Shown piece after piece: positions 52,898-62,414 of a DNA stretch of 64,000 nucleotides (positions are counted from its first letter, which is position 1; every line of letters begins with the position of its first letter). The notes under the pieces are model-generated. The model saw only the letters and a program-made list of their open reading frames with translations. It searched no databases and was not told the DNA's origin. Made by a program: the position numbers and the translations under genes. The stretch lies in contig JBKGZM010000001.1 in NCBI GenBank assembly GCA_046545575.1, positions 2,729 to 66,728 on the forward strand. The letters run 5' to 3'. This DNA comes from Dehalococcoidia bacterium (GTDB lineage: Bacteria; Chloroflexota; Dehalococcoidia; SZUA-161; SpSt-899).

Positions 52898-55345
52898 ATG
52901 GGGAAACGTGACCATCGAATTGTTCGCACGACCACATGGTCGGCCGGGCCCGGCTGCCACGGCGGCTGCGGGGTGCTGGCACACATAGAAGACGGAAAGC
53001 TGACGAAGATAGAGGGAGACCCCGACCACCCCTGGAACCAGGGCAGGCTTTGCGCCAGGTGCCTGGCCATGAGGCAATATATCTATCACCCCAACAGATT
53101 GAAGCGCCCGCTCAAGCGGGTGGGGGAGCGGGGGGAGGGGAAATGGCAGGAGATCTCCTGGGATGAGGCCTTCGACCTCATAGAACAGAGGATGAAGCGA
53201 ATCCGTGAGGACTATGGACCGGAAAGCGTTATCTTCTCCATGGGCACAGGACGCGACATAGGCCCGTGGATTTGCATGCTTGCCTACGCATACGGCAGCC
53301 CCAACGTAATGTTCAGTCTGAGCGGCATCGCCTGCTACAGTCCGCGAATTGCCGCAGTGGAGACAGTCCAGGGCGACTACTGTATACTCGATGCAGCTCA
53401 GTGGCTGGAAAAGCGCTATGACGATCCGAAGTACAAAGTCCCTGAGTGTATCATTATCTGGGGCTACAATATTCCGGCAACATGCCCCGACAACGTTTTC
53501 GGGCACTGGATCATCGACCTGATGAAAAGGGGCACCAAACTCATCACCATAGACCCGAGGCTTTCCTGGTTCGCCTCCAGGTCCAAGCACTGGCTCCAGC
53601 TCAGGCCCGGCACCGACGGCGCACTCGCCATGGGCTTTCTGAACGTGATCATAAACGAGGACTTGTACGACAGGGACTTCGTGGAGAAATGGACAAACGC
53701 CCCCTTTCTGGTCAGGAACGACACTGGTAAACTCCTGCGCGGAAGCGACCTCGTGGAGGGTGGCGACTTCGACAACTTCGTCGCCTGGGATACGGTCAAG
53801 GCAGAACCAGCTGTCTGGGATTCGGGGAACGTGGGATATAAATCGCAGAATGTAACCCCGGCCCTGGAGGGCATCTATGAAGTACCTCTAGCGGATGGGG
53901 AAAGGGTCACATGCAGCACAGTCTGGGATTGCCTTCGCAATGAGGTAAACAAGTACCCTCCGCAGGCGGTTTCCGAGATCACCTGGGTGCCAGAGGAGAG
54001 CATCGTGGAGGCGGCCCGCTTCTACGCCAGGAGCAAGCCCGCTTCCATACACTGGGGGGTTCCTATCGATATGACTCCTGCCATCACTCCTACAGCCCAG
54101 GCCATCACCAACCTGTGGTGCATCACCGGCAATCTGGATATTCCCGGGGGAAATGTGATCTCCCGTTTTGCCTTCGATGCGGTAGCATATGCCCTGCCCG
54201 GGGCCAAGGGCGTGATCAGTTGCGACCCCGAAGCCGATAAAAAGCGGATCGGGCGCGACCAGTACGGTCCGTTGCGGCAATTCATCTGGCGGGCCCAGAC
54301 GGACCTGACCCTCGACCAGATATTCACAGAGGATCCTTATCCCGTTAAGGGAATGTGGATACAGACATGCAATCCCGTGGCCAACACAGGCCTTGATCCC
54401 GATAAATGGGTGGAGGCGTTGAAGAAGCTCGACTTCGTGGTTGCCGTCGACCTGTTCATGACCCCCACCGCGGAGCTGGCCGACGTGGTTCTCCCCTCGG
54501 CTACCTTCCTTGAAAAGGACGGCGTTCGCACGTGGTGGGTGCCTCTCCAGAGCATGAACAAAGCCGTCACGGTCGATGAGTGCAAACCGGATGTCGAGAT
54601 CAACTTCGAGCTGGCAAGGAGATTCGATTCGAACTTCAGATGGAAAGACACCCATGAACTCTTCGATGAGATCATCGAGCCTTCAGGCATGAGCTATTCC
54701 GAGTTACAGGAAAAGGTCTGGACGCTCCCCCCCGAAGGCCATCCCAGTGCGCCGTACCACCGCTTTGAGAGAGGACTGTTGCGTGCCGACAGGAAACCCG
54801 GCTTCCAGACCAAATCGGGGAAGGTCGAACTCTTTGCATCTCTGCGTGAGGAATGGGGGCTGGAGCCCCTGCCCCACTACGAGGAGCCGCCGTTCACCCC
54901 TGTAACGCGGCCAGACCTCCACAAAGAGTATCCGTTGATCCTGTCAACGGGAAGGAGATCGCCTGTTTACTTCCATTCAGAGCATCGTATGATTCCCTGG
55001 CTGCGCCAGCATGACCCCGACCCCGTGGCGGAGATTCACCCAAAGACGGCCAAAGCACATGATATCAGCGGCGGCGAATGGGTGTGGCTGGAGAACTGGC
55101 TGGGCAAGGCCAGGTTCAAGGCCAAGGTCACCCCGATAGTGCCAAGGTGGATGGTGATGGCCGCGCACGGTTGGTGGTTCCCCGAAAAGGAAGGGAAAGA
55201 GCCCTCGCTACATGGAACGTGGGAATCCAATGTCAACCGGCTTATTCCCATGGGCTCTCAGGGTAAAGACGGCCTCGGAGCACCCATAAAGCACATGCTC
55301 TGCAAGATGTACAAAGCAACAGGGAGGCACCAGAACGATGAGTAA
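52898..55345 (+). CDS. Molybdopterin (Mo/W-bisPGD) oxidoreductase catalytic subunit, cytoplasmic, substrate unknown
   Basis: 815 aa with no Tat signal. N-terminal Fe-S region GPGCHGGCGV...GRLCARC, then MopB-like blocks and a C-terminal molydop_binding-like region. Confidence 0.8.
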   Translation: MGKRDHRIVRTTTWSAGPGCHGGCGVLAHIEDGKLTKIEGDPDHPWNQGRLCARCLAMRQYIYHPNRLKRPLKRVGERGEGKWQEISWDEAFDLIEQRMKRIREDYGPESVIFSMGTGRDIGPWICMLAYAYGSPNVMFSLSGIACYSPRIAAVETVQGDYCILDAAQWLEKRYDDPKYKVPECIIIWGYNIPATCPDNVFGHWIIDLMKRGTKLITIDPRLSWFASRSKHWLQLRPGTDGALAMGFLNVIINEDLYDRDFVEKWTNAPFLVRNDTGKLLRGSDLVEGGDFDNFVAWDTVKAEPAVWDSGNVGYKSQNVTPALEGIYEVPLADGERVTCSTVWDCLRNEVNKYPPQAVSEITWVPEESIVEAARFYARSKPASIHWGVPIDMTPAITPTAQAITNLWCITGNLDIPGGNVISRFAFDAVAYALPGAKGVISCDPEADKKRIGRDQYGPLRQFIWRAQTDLTLDQIFTEDPYPVKGMWIQTCNPVANTGLDPDKWVEALKKLDFVVAVDLFMTPTAELADVVLPSATFLEKDGVRTWWVPLQSMNKAVTVDECKPDVEINFELARRFDSNFRWKDTHELFDEIIEPSGMSYSELQEKVWTLPPEGHPSAPYHRFERGLLRADRKPGFQTKSGKVELFASLREEWGLEPLPHYEEPPFTPVTRPDLHKEYPLILSTGRRSPVYFHSEHRMIPWLRQHDPDPVAEIHPKTAKAHDISGGEWVWLENWLGKARFKAKVTPIVPRWMVMAAHGWWFPEKEGKEPSLHGTWESNVNRLIPMGSQGKDGLGAPIKHMLCKMYKATGRHQNDE

Positions 55346-55682
55346 CGATAAGAAACAGTACGGACTCCTGATCGATTACGAGTACTGCACCGGTTGTCAT
55401 ACCTGTGAGGTTGCCTGTTCCCAGGAGTATGACTGGCCGGAGGGAATGTGCGGCATCAAGGTGATGGAAGTGGTGGAAAACTTGCCCAATGATAAGGCCT
55501 ACCTGGCTTATTTACCCTTCCCTACCGAGCTCTGCCGGCTGTGTGCTGGCCGCACCAGAAAGGGCCTCCAGCCGGCCTGTGTCCAGCATTGCATGGCCGC
55601 ATGCATGAAATATGGTCCTGTGGAAGAGCTTGCAAAGGAGATGAGCAAGAAACCGAGGATGGTGCTGTGGAGGCCGTACTGA
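55338..55682 (+). CDS. Small 4Fe-4S ferredoxin-type subunit of the molybdoenzyme
   Basis: CTGCHTCEVACSQE and CRLC...CVQHCMAACMKYG. It overlaps the upstream gene by 8 nt. Confidence 0.7.
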   Translation: MSNDKKQYGLLIDYEYCTGCHTCEVACSQEYDWPEGMCGIKVMEVVENLPNDKAYLAYLPFPTELCRLCAGRTRKGLQPACVQHCMAACMKYGPVEELAKEMSKKPRMVLWRPY

Positions 55683-55704
55683 GCAGGATTAGGAGGTTGC
55701 ATCT

Positions 55705-56637
55705 ATGCGCATCGTGTTTATGGGGACACCTGAGTTCAGCGTTCCGGCGCTCAAGAAGCTCATTGCAAGCGAGCATGATATAATCGCCGTTTACACGCAG
55801 ATGGACAAGCCCGCTGGCAGGGGCAAAGCCCCGACACCTCCGCCTGTGAAGAAAGTAGCGGAGGAGAACGGACTGACGGTGTTCCAGCCAAAATCCCTGC
55901 GGGATGAAGCTGGCCGGCTGCGCAGCCTGGCCCCTGACATTATAGTCGTTGCGGCCTTCGGGCAGATACTCCCTCAGTCCGTACTGGACATTCCCGGACT
56001 GGGAGGCCTGAACATCCATCCCTCGTTGCTCCCCAAATATCGAGGCGCTTCTCCGATTGCTTCTGCTATTTTATCGGGTAATGAGGAAACGGGTGTTACC
56101 ATCATGTTGATGGATACTGGAATGGACACCGGCCCCATTCTTGCACAGAGGCGCATACCTATCGATTCCGAAGATACCGCTGAGTCGTTGGAGGGAAAGC
56201 TGGCCGAGGCAGGGGCGGAGCTTCTGATGAAGGCCCTGCCGGAGTGGGCTGAGGGGCGCATTACTCCACAACCTCAGAGGGACGAGGAGGCCAACTATAC
56301 CAGTCCGCTCTCCAAAGCTGATGGAAAGATGGACTGGAATCTTTCGGCTGGTGAATTGTGGCGCAGGGTTCGGGCCCTGTATCCATGGCCGGGGTGCTAC
56401 ACCCGCTGGCAGGGGAAGATGCTCAAGGTACTGGACGCGGTTCCGGTTCCCTCTACTGAGGGAGCGTCACCGGGGGTGGTTGTTTCTTTACCAGATGGTG
56501 CTCCTGCACCGGTGGGGGTGGGGACGGGGGAGGGGATACTGGGACTCCGCCGGATTCAGCTCGAGGGAAAGAAAGCAATGTCGGCCAATGATTTTCTGCG
56601 CGGACAGAGGGGGTTTATCGGGGCGAAGTTGGGGTAA
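55705..56637 (+). CDS. fmt: Methionyl-tRNA formyltransferase
   Basis: MRIVFMGTPEFSVPAL and HPSLLPKYRGASPI. Confidence 0.95.
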   Translation: MRIVFMGTPEFSVPALKKLIASEHDIIAVYTQMDKPAGRGKAPTPPPVKKVAEENGLTVFQPKSLRDEAGRLRSLAPDIIVVAAFGQILPQSVLDIPGLGGLNIHPSLLPKYRGASPIASAILSGNEETGVTIMLMDTGMDTGPILAQRRIPIDSEDTAESLEGKLAEAGAELLMKALPEWAEGRITPQPQRDEEANYTSPLSKADGKMDWNLSAGELWRRVRALYPWPGCYTRWQGKMLKVLDAVPVPSTEGASPGVVVSLPDGAPAPVGVGTGEGILGLRRIQLEGKKAMSANDFLRGQRGFIGAKLG

Positions 56638-56638
56638 A

Positions 56639-56729
56639 GGTGTCTTTCGACCGAAGGGAGAAATCTTCAGGGTTTGAACGTGACACAACACAAGATTTCT
56701 CGTCCGCCGAAGGCGGACTCGAAATGACC
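56639..56729. repeat. Inverted pair of REP-like units between convergent genes
   Basis: GTCTTTCGA-CCGAAGG-GAGAAATCTT faces AAGATTTCTC-GTCCGCCGAAGGCGGAC-TCGAAATGAC. There is a 10-bp perfect inner match and the apical core is CCGCCGAAGGCGG. Confidence 0.65.
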
Positions 56730-56747
56730 TAAGGTAGAGCCTTTCCC

Positions 56748-58145
56748 TTATTTCAAATACTCATTTATCGAGGCAGCGGAACGCTTGCCCGCACCCATGG
56801 CGCTTATCACGGTCGCTGCTCCAGTCACTATATCCCCACCTGCCCATACACCTTCCTTGGTGGTCTTACCATCATCGTCAGCCTTGACAGTGCCTCTTTT
56901 AGTTGTCTCCAGCCCGGGGGTGGTCCTGGGGATGAGAGGATTGGGCTGTGTGCCCAGGGCCGGGATCACCGTGTCAAATTCCATAGTAAACTCAGACCCC
57001 TTGATGGGAACGGGCCGCCGCCGGCCGCTCTCATCCGGCTCGCCGAGTTCCATCCTGACACACTCCATCCCCTGAACCCATCCCTGCTCATCGGGTAGTA
57101 TCTGAGAGGGGTTGGTCAGGATATCGAATATTACCCCCTCTTCTTCCGCATTCTCCCTTTCTTCAGCCCTTGCCGGCATCTCAGCTTTGGTACGGCGGTA
57201 GACAACATGCACCTCCTCTGCTCCCATCCGCAATGCCCACCTGGCCGAGTCCATTGTAACATTGCCAGCTCCTAACACAGCTACTCGCTTGCCGGTCTTT
57301 ATTGGCGTATCATACTGAGGAAAAAGGTATGCCTTCATCAGATTCAGCCGGACTAGAAACTCATTTGCGGAATAGACTCCCTTTGAGCTCTCTCCGGGGA
57401 TGTTCATAAACATCGGCGCTCCGGCACCAACGCCGATAAAAACGGCATCATGACCATCTTTTAGCAATTCGTCGACGTTGGCTATTCTTCCCATAACGTG
57501 ATTTAGTTGGAAATCCACCCCCAACGTATCCTGAAGATAGTTGGCCTCGGCTTGCACGATGCTCTTGGGCAAACGGAATTCGGGTATGCCGTACACACAA
57601 ACGCCACCGGCGAGATGAAGAGCCTCAAAAACAGTGACCTGATGTCCTGATTTAGCCAGGTCAGCGGCACAGGTGAGACCCGCAGGCCCTGAGCCCAGTA
57701 TCGCTACCTTCTTGCCTGTTGATTTCGGAAGTTCCGGTTTGAAAACCCCGGACTCTTCCGGATTTGCCCGCGCCCAGTCGGCCACAAATCTCTCAAGCCG
57801 TCCGATGGCCACCGGCGCACCCTTGTTGGCCAGACTACACTGGCTCTCACACTGTGTCTCCTGCGGACAAACCCGGCCGCAGATCGCCGGGAGACTGTTG
57901 TGTTTCCACAGAACCTGGGCTGCCTGAGGAAGGTTCCCCTGCGCGAGAGCACCGACAAAGCCAGGAATGTCCACATTCACAGGGCAACCATTGATACAGC
58001 CCGGTTTCTTACACTGGATACAGCGATTTGCCTCCTCAACAGCCTGCTCATAGGAATAGCCCAGAGCCACCTCATACGGATTCCATCTCCGTATCTCCGG
58101 CTCCTGCTTGTTCATCGGCACGCGATTTAGGTTTAGCTTGGCCAT
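56748..58145 (-). CDS. nfnB: NADH-dependent reduced ferredoxin:NADP+ oxidoreductase subunit B / GltD/SudA-like
   Basis: CIQCKKPGCINGCPVNVDIPGF, VAILGSGPAGLTCA and VLGAGNVTMDSAR in a 465-aa protein downstream of an NfnA-like gene. Confidence 0.85.
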   Translation of the reverse strand: MAKLNLNRVPMNKQEPEIRRWNPYEVALGYSYEQAVEEANRCIQCKKPGCINGCPVNVDIPGFVGALAQGNLPQAAQVLWKHNSLPAICGRVCPQETQCESQCSLANKGAPVAIGRLERFVADWARANPEESGVFKPELPKSTGKKVAILGSGPAGLTCAADLAKSGHQVTVFEALHLAGGVCVYGIPEFRLPKSIVQAEANYLQDTLGVDFQLNHVMGRIANVDELLKDGHDAVFIGVGAGAPMFMNIPGESSKGVYSANEFLVRLNLMKAYLFPQYDTPIKTGKRVAVLGAGNVTMDSARWALRMGAEEVHVVYRRTKAEMPARAEERENAEEEGVIFDILTNPSQILPDEQGWVQGMECVRMELGEPDESGRRRPVPIKGSEFTMEFDTVIPALGTQPNPLIPRTTPGLETTKRGTVKADDDGKTTKEGVWAGGDIVTGAATVISAMGAGKRSAASINEYLK

Positions 58146-58156
58146 ACCTCTCCTTT

Positions 58157-58999
58157 CTATTTCTCTGCCGAGGCAAATTCTTCACCCATCTCGTAGCAGA
58201 GAGAAGATGTTCGCTCTTCCGCCGCATATGTTCGCTTTCTCGATTCCAGAAGGTCCCAATCGACGAGATGTCCATCGAACTCTGGCCCATCCACGCAGGC
58301 GAATTTCGTCTCTCCGCCTACCTGAACGCGGCAGACGCCGCACATTCCTGTTCCATCGAGCATTATCGGAGTAAGGGACGTAATGGTTTTTATTCCAAAG
58401 GGCCGTGTTATCTCACAAATCGCCTTCTGCGTAGCGGTGGCTACGCTCATAGCGATTGCGTGATCAACCTTTTCTTCTTTTAATACATCGTTCAGGAAGT
58501 CCACTCCTTCATATCCCTCGGAGCCATCGTCGGTACATACATAGAACTTGTCGGCTATTGCCTGCAGTTCTTCTTTGAAAATGAGAAGTTCACTCGTTCT
58601 CGCCCCGATAGCGACAATGAGTTTGTTACCGGCCTGACGGAAGGCCTCGGCGATGTACAGAAGAGGCCCGCTCATGACCCCTCCGCCGAAGCAAAGCACC
58701 GTACCGAATTTCTCTATCTCAGTTGGAATTCCCAATGGCCCTGCCAACCCCATGAGCTCCTGTCCGACACTTAAAGAGCCCAATTCCTTACTGCTTTTTC
58801 CCACTTCATTGAAAATCAGCCGTATCGTCCCTTTGGAAGGGTCCGCACCGGCAACGGTGAGAGGGAATCTTTCCCCTCTTTCTCCTATAATCACTACCAC
58901 AAACTGCCCCGGACTGACCTTAGCAGCTATCTCCGGGTTCTCTATCTCGAATTGCTTTATCTTTGGAGCGAGTTCCTTTTTTTCGACGATCTTATTCAT
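58157..58999 (-). CDS. nfnA: NfnA / SudB-like FAD/NAD-binding [2Fe-2S] subunit (PyrK family)
   Basis: FEIENPEIAAKVSPGQFVVV and C-terminal DGTGMCGVCRVQVGGETKFACVDGPEF. Confidence 0.85.
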   Translation of the reverse strand: MNKIVEKKELAPKIKQFEIENPEIAAKVSPGQFVVVIIGERGERFPLTVAGADPSKGTIRLIFNEVGKSSKELGSLSVGQELMGLAGPLGIPTEIEKFGTVLCFGGGVMSGPLLYIAEAFRQAGNKLIVAIGARTSELLIFKEELQAIADKFYVCTDDGSEGYEGVDFLNDVLKEEKVDHAIAMSVATATQKAICEITRPFGIKTITSLTPIMLDGTGMCGVCRVQVGGETKFACVDGPEFDGHLVDWDLLESRKRTYAAEERTSSLCYEMGEEFASAEK

Positions 59000-59009
59000 T
59001 CAATACCCC

Positions 59010-60197
59010 CTACTTTTTTGGAAAAGAAGAAACCTTGGCAACGAAGGAATCAAGCGCGGCCTCGAAATCCCCCACATTCCTGGGATAGGTCTTGAACACC
59101 TCGAAATTGTCCTCAAGTCCCATTCTCCTCAAAGTGGTATCCAGCACAGCCATGTTATCCTCAGCGGTATTCCTGCCTTCCTTGGACTTGCAATCATCGT
59201 CCTGGCAGGCGACAGCCAACACGCCATCGAAACCGGAGCGGAACGCTTGGAGGACGTTGATCGGATCCAGCTTGTTGAAGCAGGGAATCTCGACCAGCGC
59301 AACGTTATCCCTTATGAATCCATCTCGCACCGAGTCCAGAGCAGAGAATTCCGCCCACTGACAGCAGAAGACGAGAATCGCGGGCGATATGCCCCGTGAT
59401 TTTATCTCGCTGAGCTTTTCGCGGTAATTCTGAATCTGACCAGCCAGACGCTCGTGCTCGAATCCCTTGACCTCTATCGCGAGGTGAGGACACACGAGAG
59501 CGCATGCACCACAGCCAGTGCATTTATCGTAGTTTATTTTGGGAGTGGACAGCGGCTGAGCCTCGATTGCGCCATAGGGACAAATGTAAACGCACTTATC
59601 ACAGCCGACACACTTGGAGGTGTCATATGTGGCCTGCTGAGGGTTCTCAATTACCGTCAAGGCGTCATCACTGTAGCCGAGTCCGCTGAGAAGCATGTTC
59701 AGGGCAGTGACGCGGCGCGTGTTCAATTGGCTTCCCTGATTGAAGTGGCAGAATTCCTCAGTGCATTGAACTGCCACAATTCGTTTCAATCCCAATGAGA
59801 AAGCCTTCAAGTAAAACTCCGCGGGTATTCGCCCTACACAGGGCACGCGGAGAAACACGGATTTCTCCAAACTGTAATCCTGCAAAATGTCCAGTATATC
59901 ACATCCTGGCGGGCTGCTGCCCCTGCACATTACCACCAGGTTCTCAGTATCCTCTGTCTTCTTCGACTCCACATGCTTGATCATTGAATCATAGCCATAA
60001 TAGTAGGGCTCTATCACTCCCGAGGGGCATGCGCTTGCACACATACCACAGACCATGCACTTGTCCAGGTCGATTGATGGGGCCTGGCCATCTTCACGGG
60101 ATATCGCTTCAAAGGGGCAGATCGACTGACAAATGAGACACTGACTACACCGGTCCTGGTCCAGCACAATCGGGGGCGTTTCCACTTTATTTACCAA
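59010..60197 (-). CDS. Tandem (ferredoxin + MvhD-like) iron-sulfur protein, paralog of 42301-43467
   Basis: It has the same four-module order as 42301-43467: CSQCLICQSICP / CMVCGMCASACP; VPCVGRIPAEFYLKAFSLGLKRIVAVQCTEEFC; CVGCDKCVYICP / CTGCGACALVCP; FCCQWAEF..IPCFNKLDPINVLQAFRSGFDGVLAVACQDDDC. Confidence 0.75.
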   Translation of the reverse strand: MVNKVETPPIVLDQDRCSQCLICQSICPFEAISREDGQAPSIDLDKCMVCGMCASACPSGVIEPYYYGYDSMIKHVESKKTEDTENLVVMCRGSSPPGCDILDILQDYSLEKSVFLRVPCVGRIPAEFYLKAFSLGLKRIVAVQCTEEFCHFNQGSQLNTRRVTALNMLLSGLGYSDDALTVIENPQQATYDTSKCVGCDKCVYICPYGAIEAQPLSTPKINYDKCTGCGACALVCPHLAIEVKGFEHERLAGQIQNYREKLSEIKSRGISPAILVFCCQWAEFSALDSVRDGFIRDNVALVEIPCFNKLDPINVLQAFRSGFDGVLAVACQDDDCKSKEGRNTAEDNMAVLDTTLRRMGLEDNFEVFKTYPRNVGDFEAALDSFVAKVSSFPKK

Positions 60198-60395
60198 TTT
60201 TGCCTCCTACTGATAAAGTCCTTGAGAAACCATATGCCAAGTGCTCCGGGGCTTTAAGAACGGCATATCCATACTCAGATCTTGCCTGTGTCTACCATAC
60301 AAAGCCCTTCCATCAGCCCACAAAAACTACGGCTTTACCATAGCCATTTTGCTTGATTTCTCAGAAAATTTCAATAGCCTGGTGCCTACAGCCTC

Positions 60396-60424
60396 TTGAC
60401 AAGCAACGATCACTGAGGTAATCT
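60396..60424 (+). promoter_or_regulatory. Sigma-70-like promoter in a 530-bp gene-free region
   Basis: TTGACA, a 17-nt spacer and TAATCT, followed by a purine-rich GGA-dense tract. Confidence 0.35.
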
Positions 60425-60731
60425 AGGGCAAAACAACCCACTTTAACTGCGGAGGGAGCAAAAGAGGCGGCTGGAATCAGAGGGGCATAGGATAATCAGG
60501 AAGGGGAAGAAATACGTTGTGGAGGGGTATGAGAGGAATTTAGCGCCCGTTGAGTGAACGGTTTGAGGGATTTTTATATTGCATATGTACGGTCGTTCGA
60601 ATGGAAGTGATATAATGACACGTAGAAAAGATTTGTTTCCAAGAAAGCGCAATGTAAGTGAGCATAGCGCTGTTCTGGGCACCGAAACACGAATTCATAA
60701 GCAGCTTGGAAATTAATGTCAAGGGGTTCAT

Positions 60732-60965
60732 ATGAAAGAACTAACCAGAATAACCTTCAACCCGGATGTAATGGGGGGCAAACCCTGCATACGTGGTATG
60801 CGCGTAACCGTGGGCATGATTGTAGGGCTTATAGCTTCCGGGCATACCAAGGAAGATGTTCTAAAGCTGTATCCTTATCTGGAACCACAAGATATCGATG
60901 AAGCACTCGCCTATGCTGCGTGGCGGGCGGAGGAAATTGAAGTTCCTTTTGCTTCGACATCATGA
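60732..60965 (+). CDS. DUF433 domain protein (antitoxin-like)
   Basis: ITFNPDVMGGKPCIRGMRVTV..YPYLEPQDIDEALAY. Confidence 0.8.
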   Translation: MKELTRITFNPDVMGGKPCIRGMRVTVGMIVGLIASGHTKEDVLKLYPYLEPQDIDEALAYAAWRAEEIEVPFASTS

Positions 60966-61330
60966 AACTTCTCATCGACATGAATCTTTCACCAACGTGG
61001 ACGAACGTGCTGGAGGCTGCAGGGTGGAAAGCAGTCCATTGGTCTACTATTGGTGACCCGCGAGCCCCAGACAGGGATATCCTGAAATGGGCAAGAACAA
61101 ATGAATATATTATCCTTACCCATGATTTGGAGTTTGGTGCCATCCTCGCTGCCACGAGAGCAGATTGTCCAAGCGTTCTCCAGATACGAACTCAGAATGT
61201 TAGTCCATACCATTTGCAAACCCTCGTAATTTCAGTGCTCGAACGATTCAAGGAGCATTTGGAGAAAGGCGCCCTTATCACCGTTGACGAGAAGAAATCC
61301 AGAGCACACATTCTCCCTCTCAACGATTGA
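60962..61330 (+). CDS. DUF5615 PIN-like protein (toxin-like partner of DUF433)
   Basis: MKLLIDMNLSP..ILTHDLEFG. It overlaps the DUF433 gene by 4 nt. Confidence 0.75.
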   Translation: MKLLIDMNLSPTWTNVLEAAGWKAVHWSTIGDPRAPDRDILKWARTNEYIILTHDLEFGAILAATRADCPSVLQIRTQNVSPYHLQTLVISVLERFKEHLEKGALITVDEKKSRAHILPLND

Positions 61331-61365
61331 CTGCCTTAGAATAGTAGCATAAAGGTGATATCACA

Positions 61366-62391
61366 ATGAAAGCGATGGTGCTGAACCTTTGCAGCATGGA
61401 GGAAGACAGCACGCCGCTGGAATTCATGGACCTGCCAGAACCCGAACCCGGTGAGGGAGAGATTCTCGTAAAGGTTTCGGCCTGCGGCGTCTGCCACACC
61501 GAACTCGATGAAATCGAAGGGAGGACGCCCCCGCCGAATCTGCCGGTTGTGCTGGGGCATGAGGTAGTTGGGAGAGTGGAAAGAAATGGTCCCAATACCA
61601 GTGCCTTCAACACCGGGGACAGGGTTGGCGTTGCCTGGATCCACTCAGCATGCGGGGAATGCAAGCTATGTAAGGAGGGCTATGAGAACCTGTGCCCTGA
61701 CTTCAAGGCTACGGGCAGGGATGCCAATGGCGGATATGCGCAGTACATGACGGTTCCTGAAGGCTTCGCCTACAGCATCCCCGATGTCTTCTCCGATTCG
61801 CAGGCTGCTCCGCTCATGTGCGCCGGCGCCGTCGGCTACCGGGCACTCAGATTGACCGGTCTCAGAGACGGACAGAACCTGGGGCTCACAGGGTTCGGGG
61901 CTTCCGCACACCTCGTTCTCCAAATGGCGAACCATCGTTATCCCAATGCCAGGGTCTTTGTGTTTGCCCGAAATCCAAAGGAACAGGAGTTCGCAAGGGA
62001 ACTCGGTGCTGTCTGGGCAGGTGATACTGCCGAGGAATCCCCGGAGAAGCTGGATGCTATCATCGACACAACCCCTGTATGGAAACCGATCGTCGAAGCC
62101 CTGAAGAACCTGGAAGGGGGCGGCAGACTGGTGATAAACGCCATCCGCAAAGAAGATGTGGACAAGGAATATCTACTGAACCTCGAATACTCGACCCATC
62201 TCTGGATGGAAAAGGAGATAAAGAGCGTGGCCAATGTAGCGAGGCGAGACGTCAGCGAGTGTCTGCAACTGGCAGCGGAAATACCCATCAACCCCGAGGT
62301 TCAGGAGTTCCCGCTGGAAGAGGCAAACAGGGCCCTGGTCGAGCTTAAGACAAGCAAAATACGGGGGGCGAAGGTCCTCAAAATTACCTGA
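61366..62391 (+). CDS. Zinc-dependent alcohol dehydrogenase family protein
   Basis: CGVCHTELDEIEG, GHEVVGRV, structural-zinc Cys residues (CGECKLCKEGYENLC) and GFGASAHL. Confidence 0.85.
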   Translation: MKAMVLNLCSMEEDSTPLEFMDLPEPEPGEGEILVKVSACGVCHTELDEIEGRTPPPNLPVVLGHEVVGRVERNGPNTSAFNTGDRVGVAWIHSACGECKLCKEGYENLCPDFKATGRDANGGYAQYMTVPEGFAYSIPDVFSDSQAAPLMCAGAVGYRALRLTGLRDGQNLGLTGFGASAHLVLQMANHRYPNARVFVFARNPKEQEFARELGAVWAGDTAEESPEKLDAIIDTTPVWKPIVEALKNLEGGGRLVINAIRKEDVDKEYLLNLEYSTHLWMEKEIKSVANVARRDVSECLQLAAEIPINPEVQEFPLEEANRALVELKTSKIRGAKVLKIT

Positions 62392-62414
62392 GGAGATATA
62401 TCAAGGTCGTCTGT

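Noticed and set aside
52802-54655. Minus-strand ORFs of 262 aa and 255 aa (52802-53590 and 53888-54655)
   Set aside because: Both are antisense to the 815-aa molybdopterin oxidoreductase and have a shadow-ORF composition.
58653-59399. A 248-aa plus-strand ORF
   Set aside because: It is antisense to the junction of nfnA and the Fd-MvhD paralog.
60332-60346. A minus-strand sigma-54-like site, TGGCTATGGTAAAGC, upstream of the Fd-MvhD/nfnAB operon
   Set aside because: The GG/GC spacing is correct, but the -12 region is AAGC rather than TTGC. It cannot be separated from chance by eye. It would be worth including in a PWM scan but is not reported as a feature.
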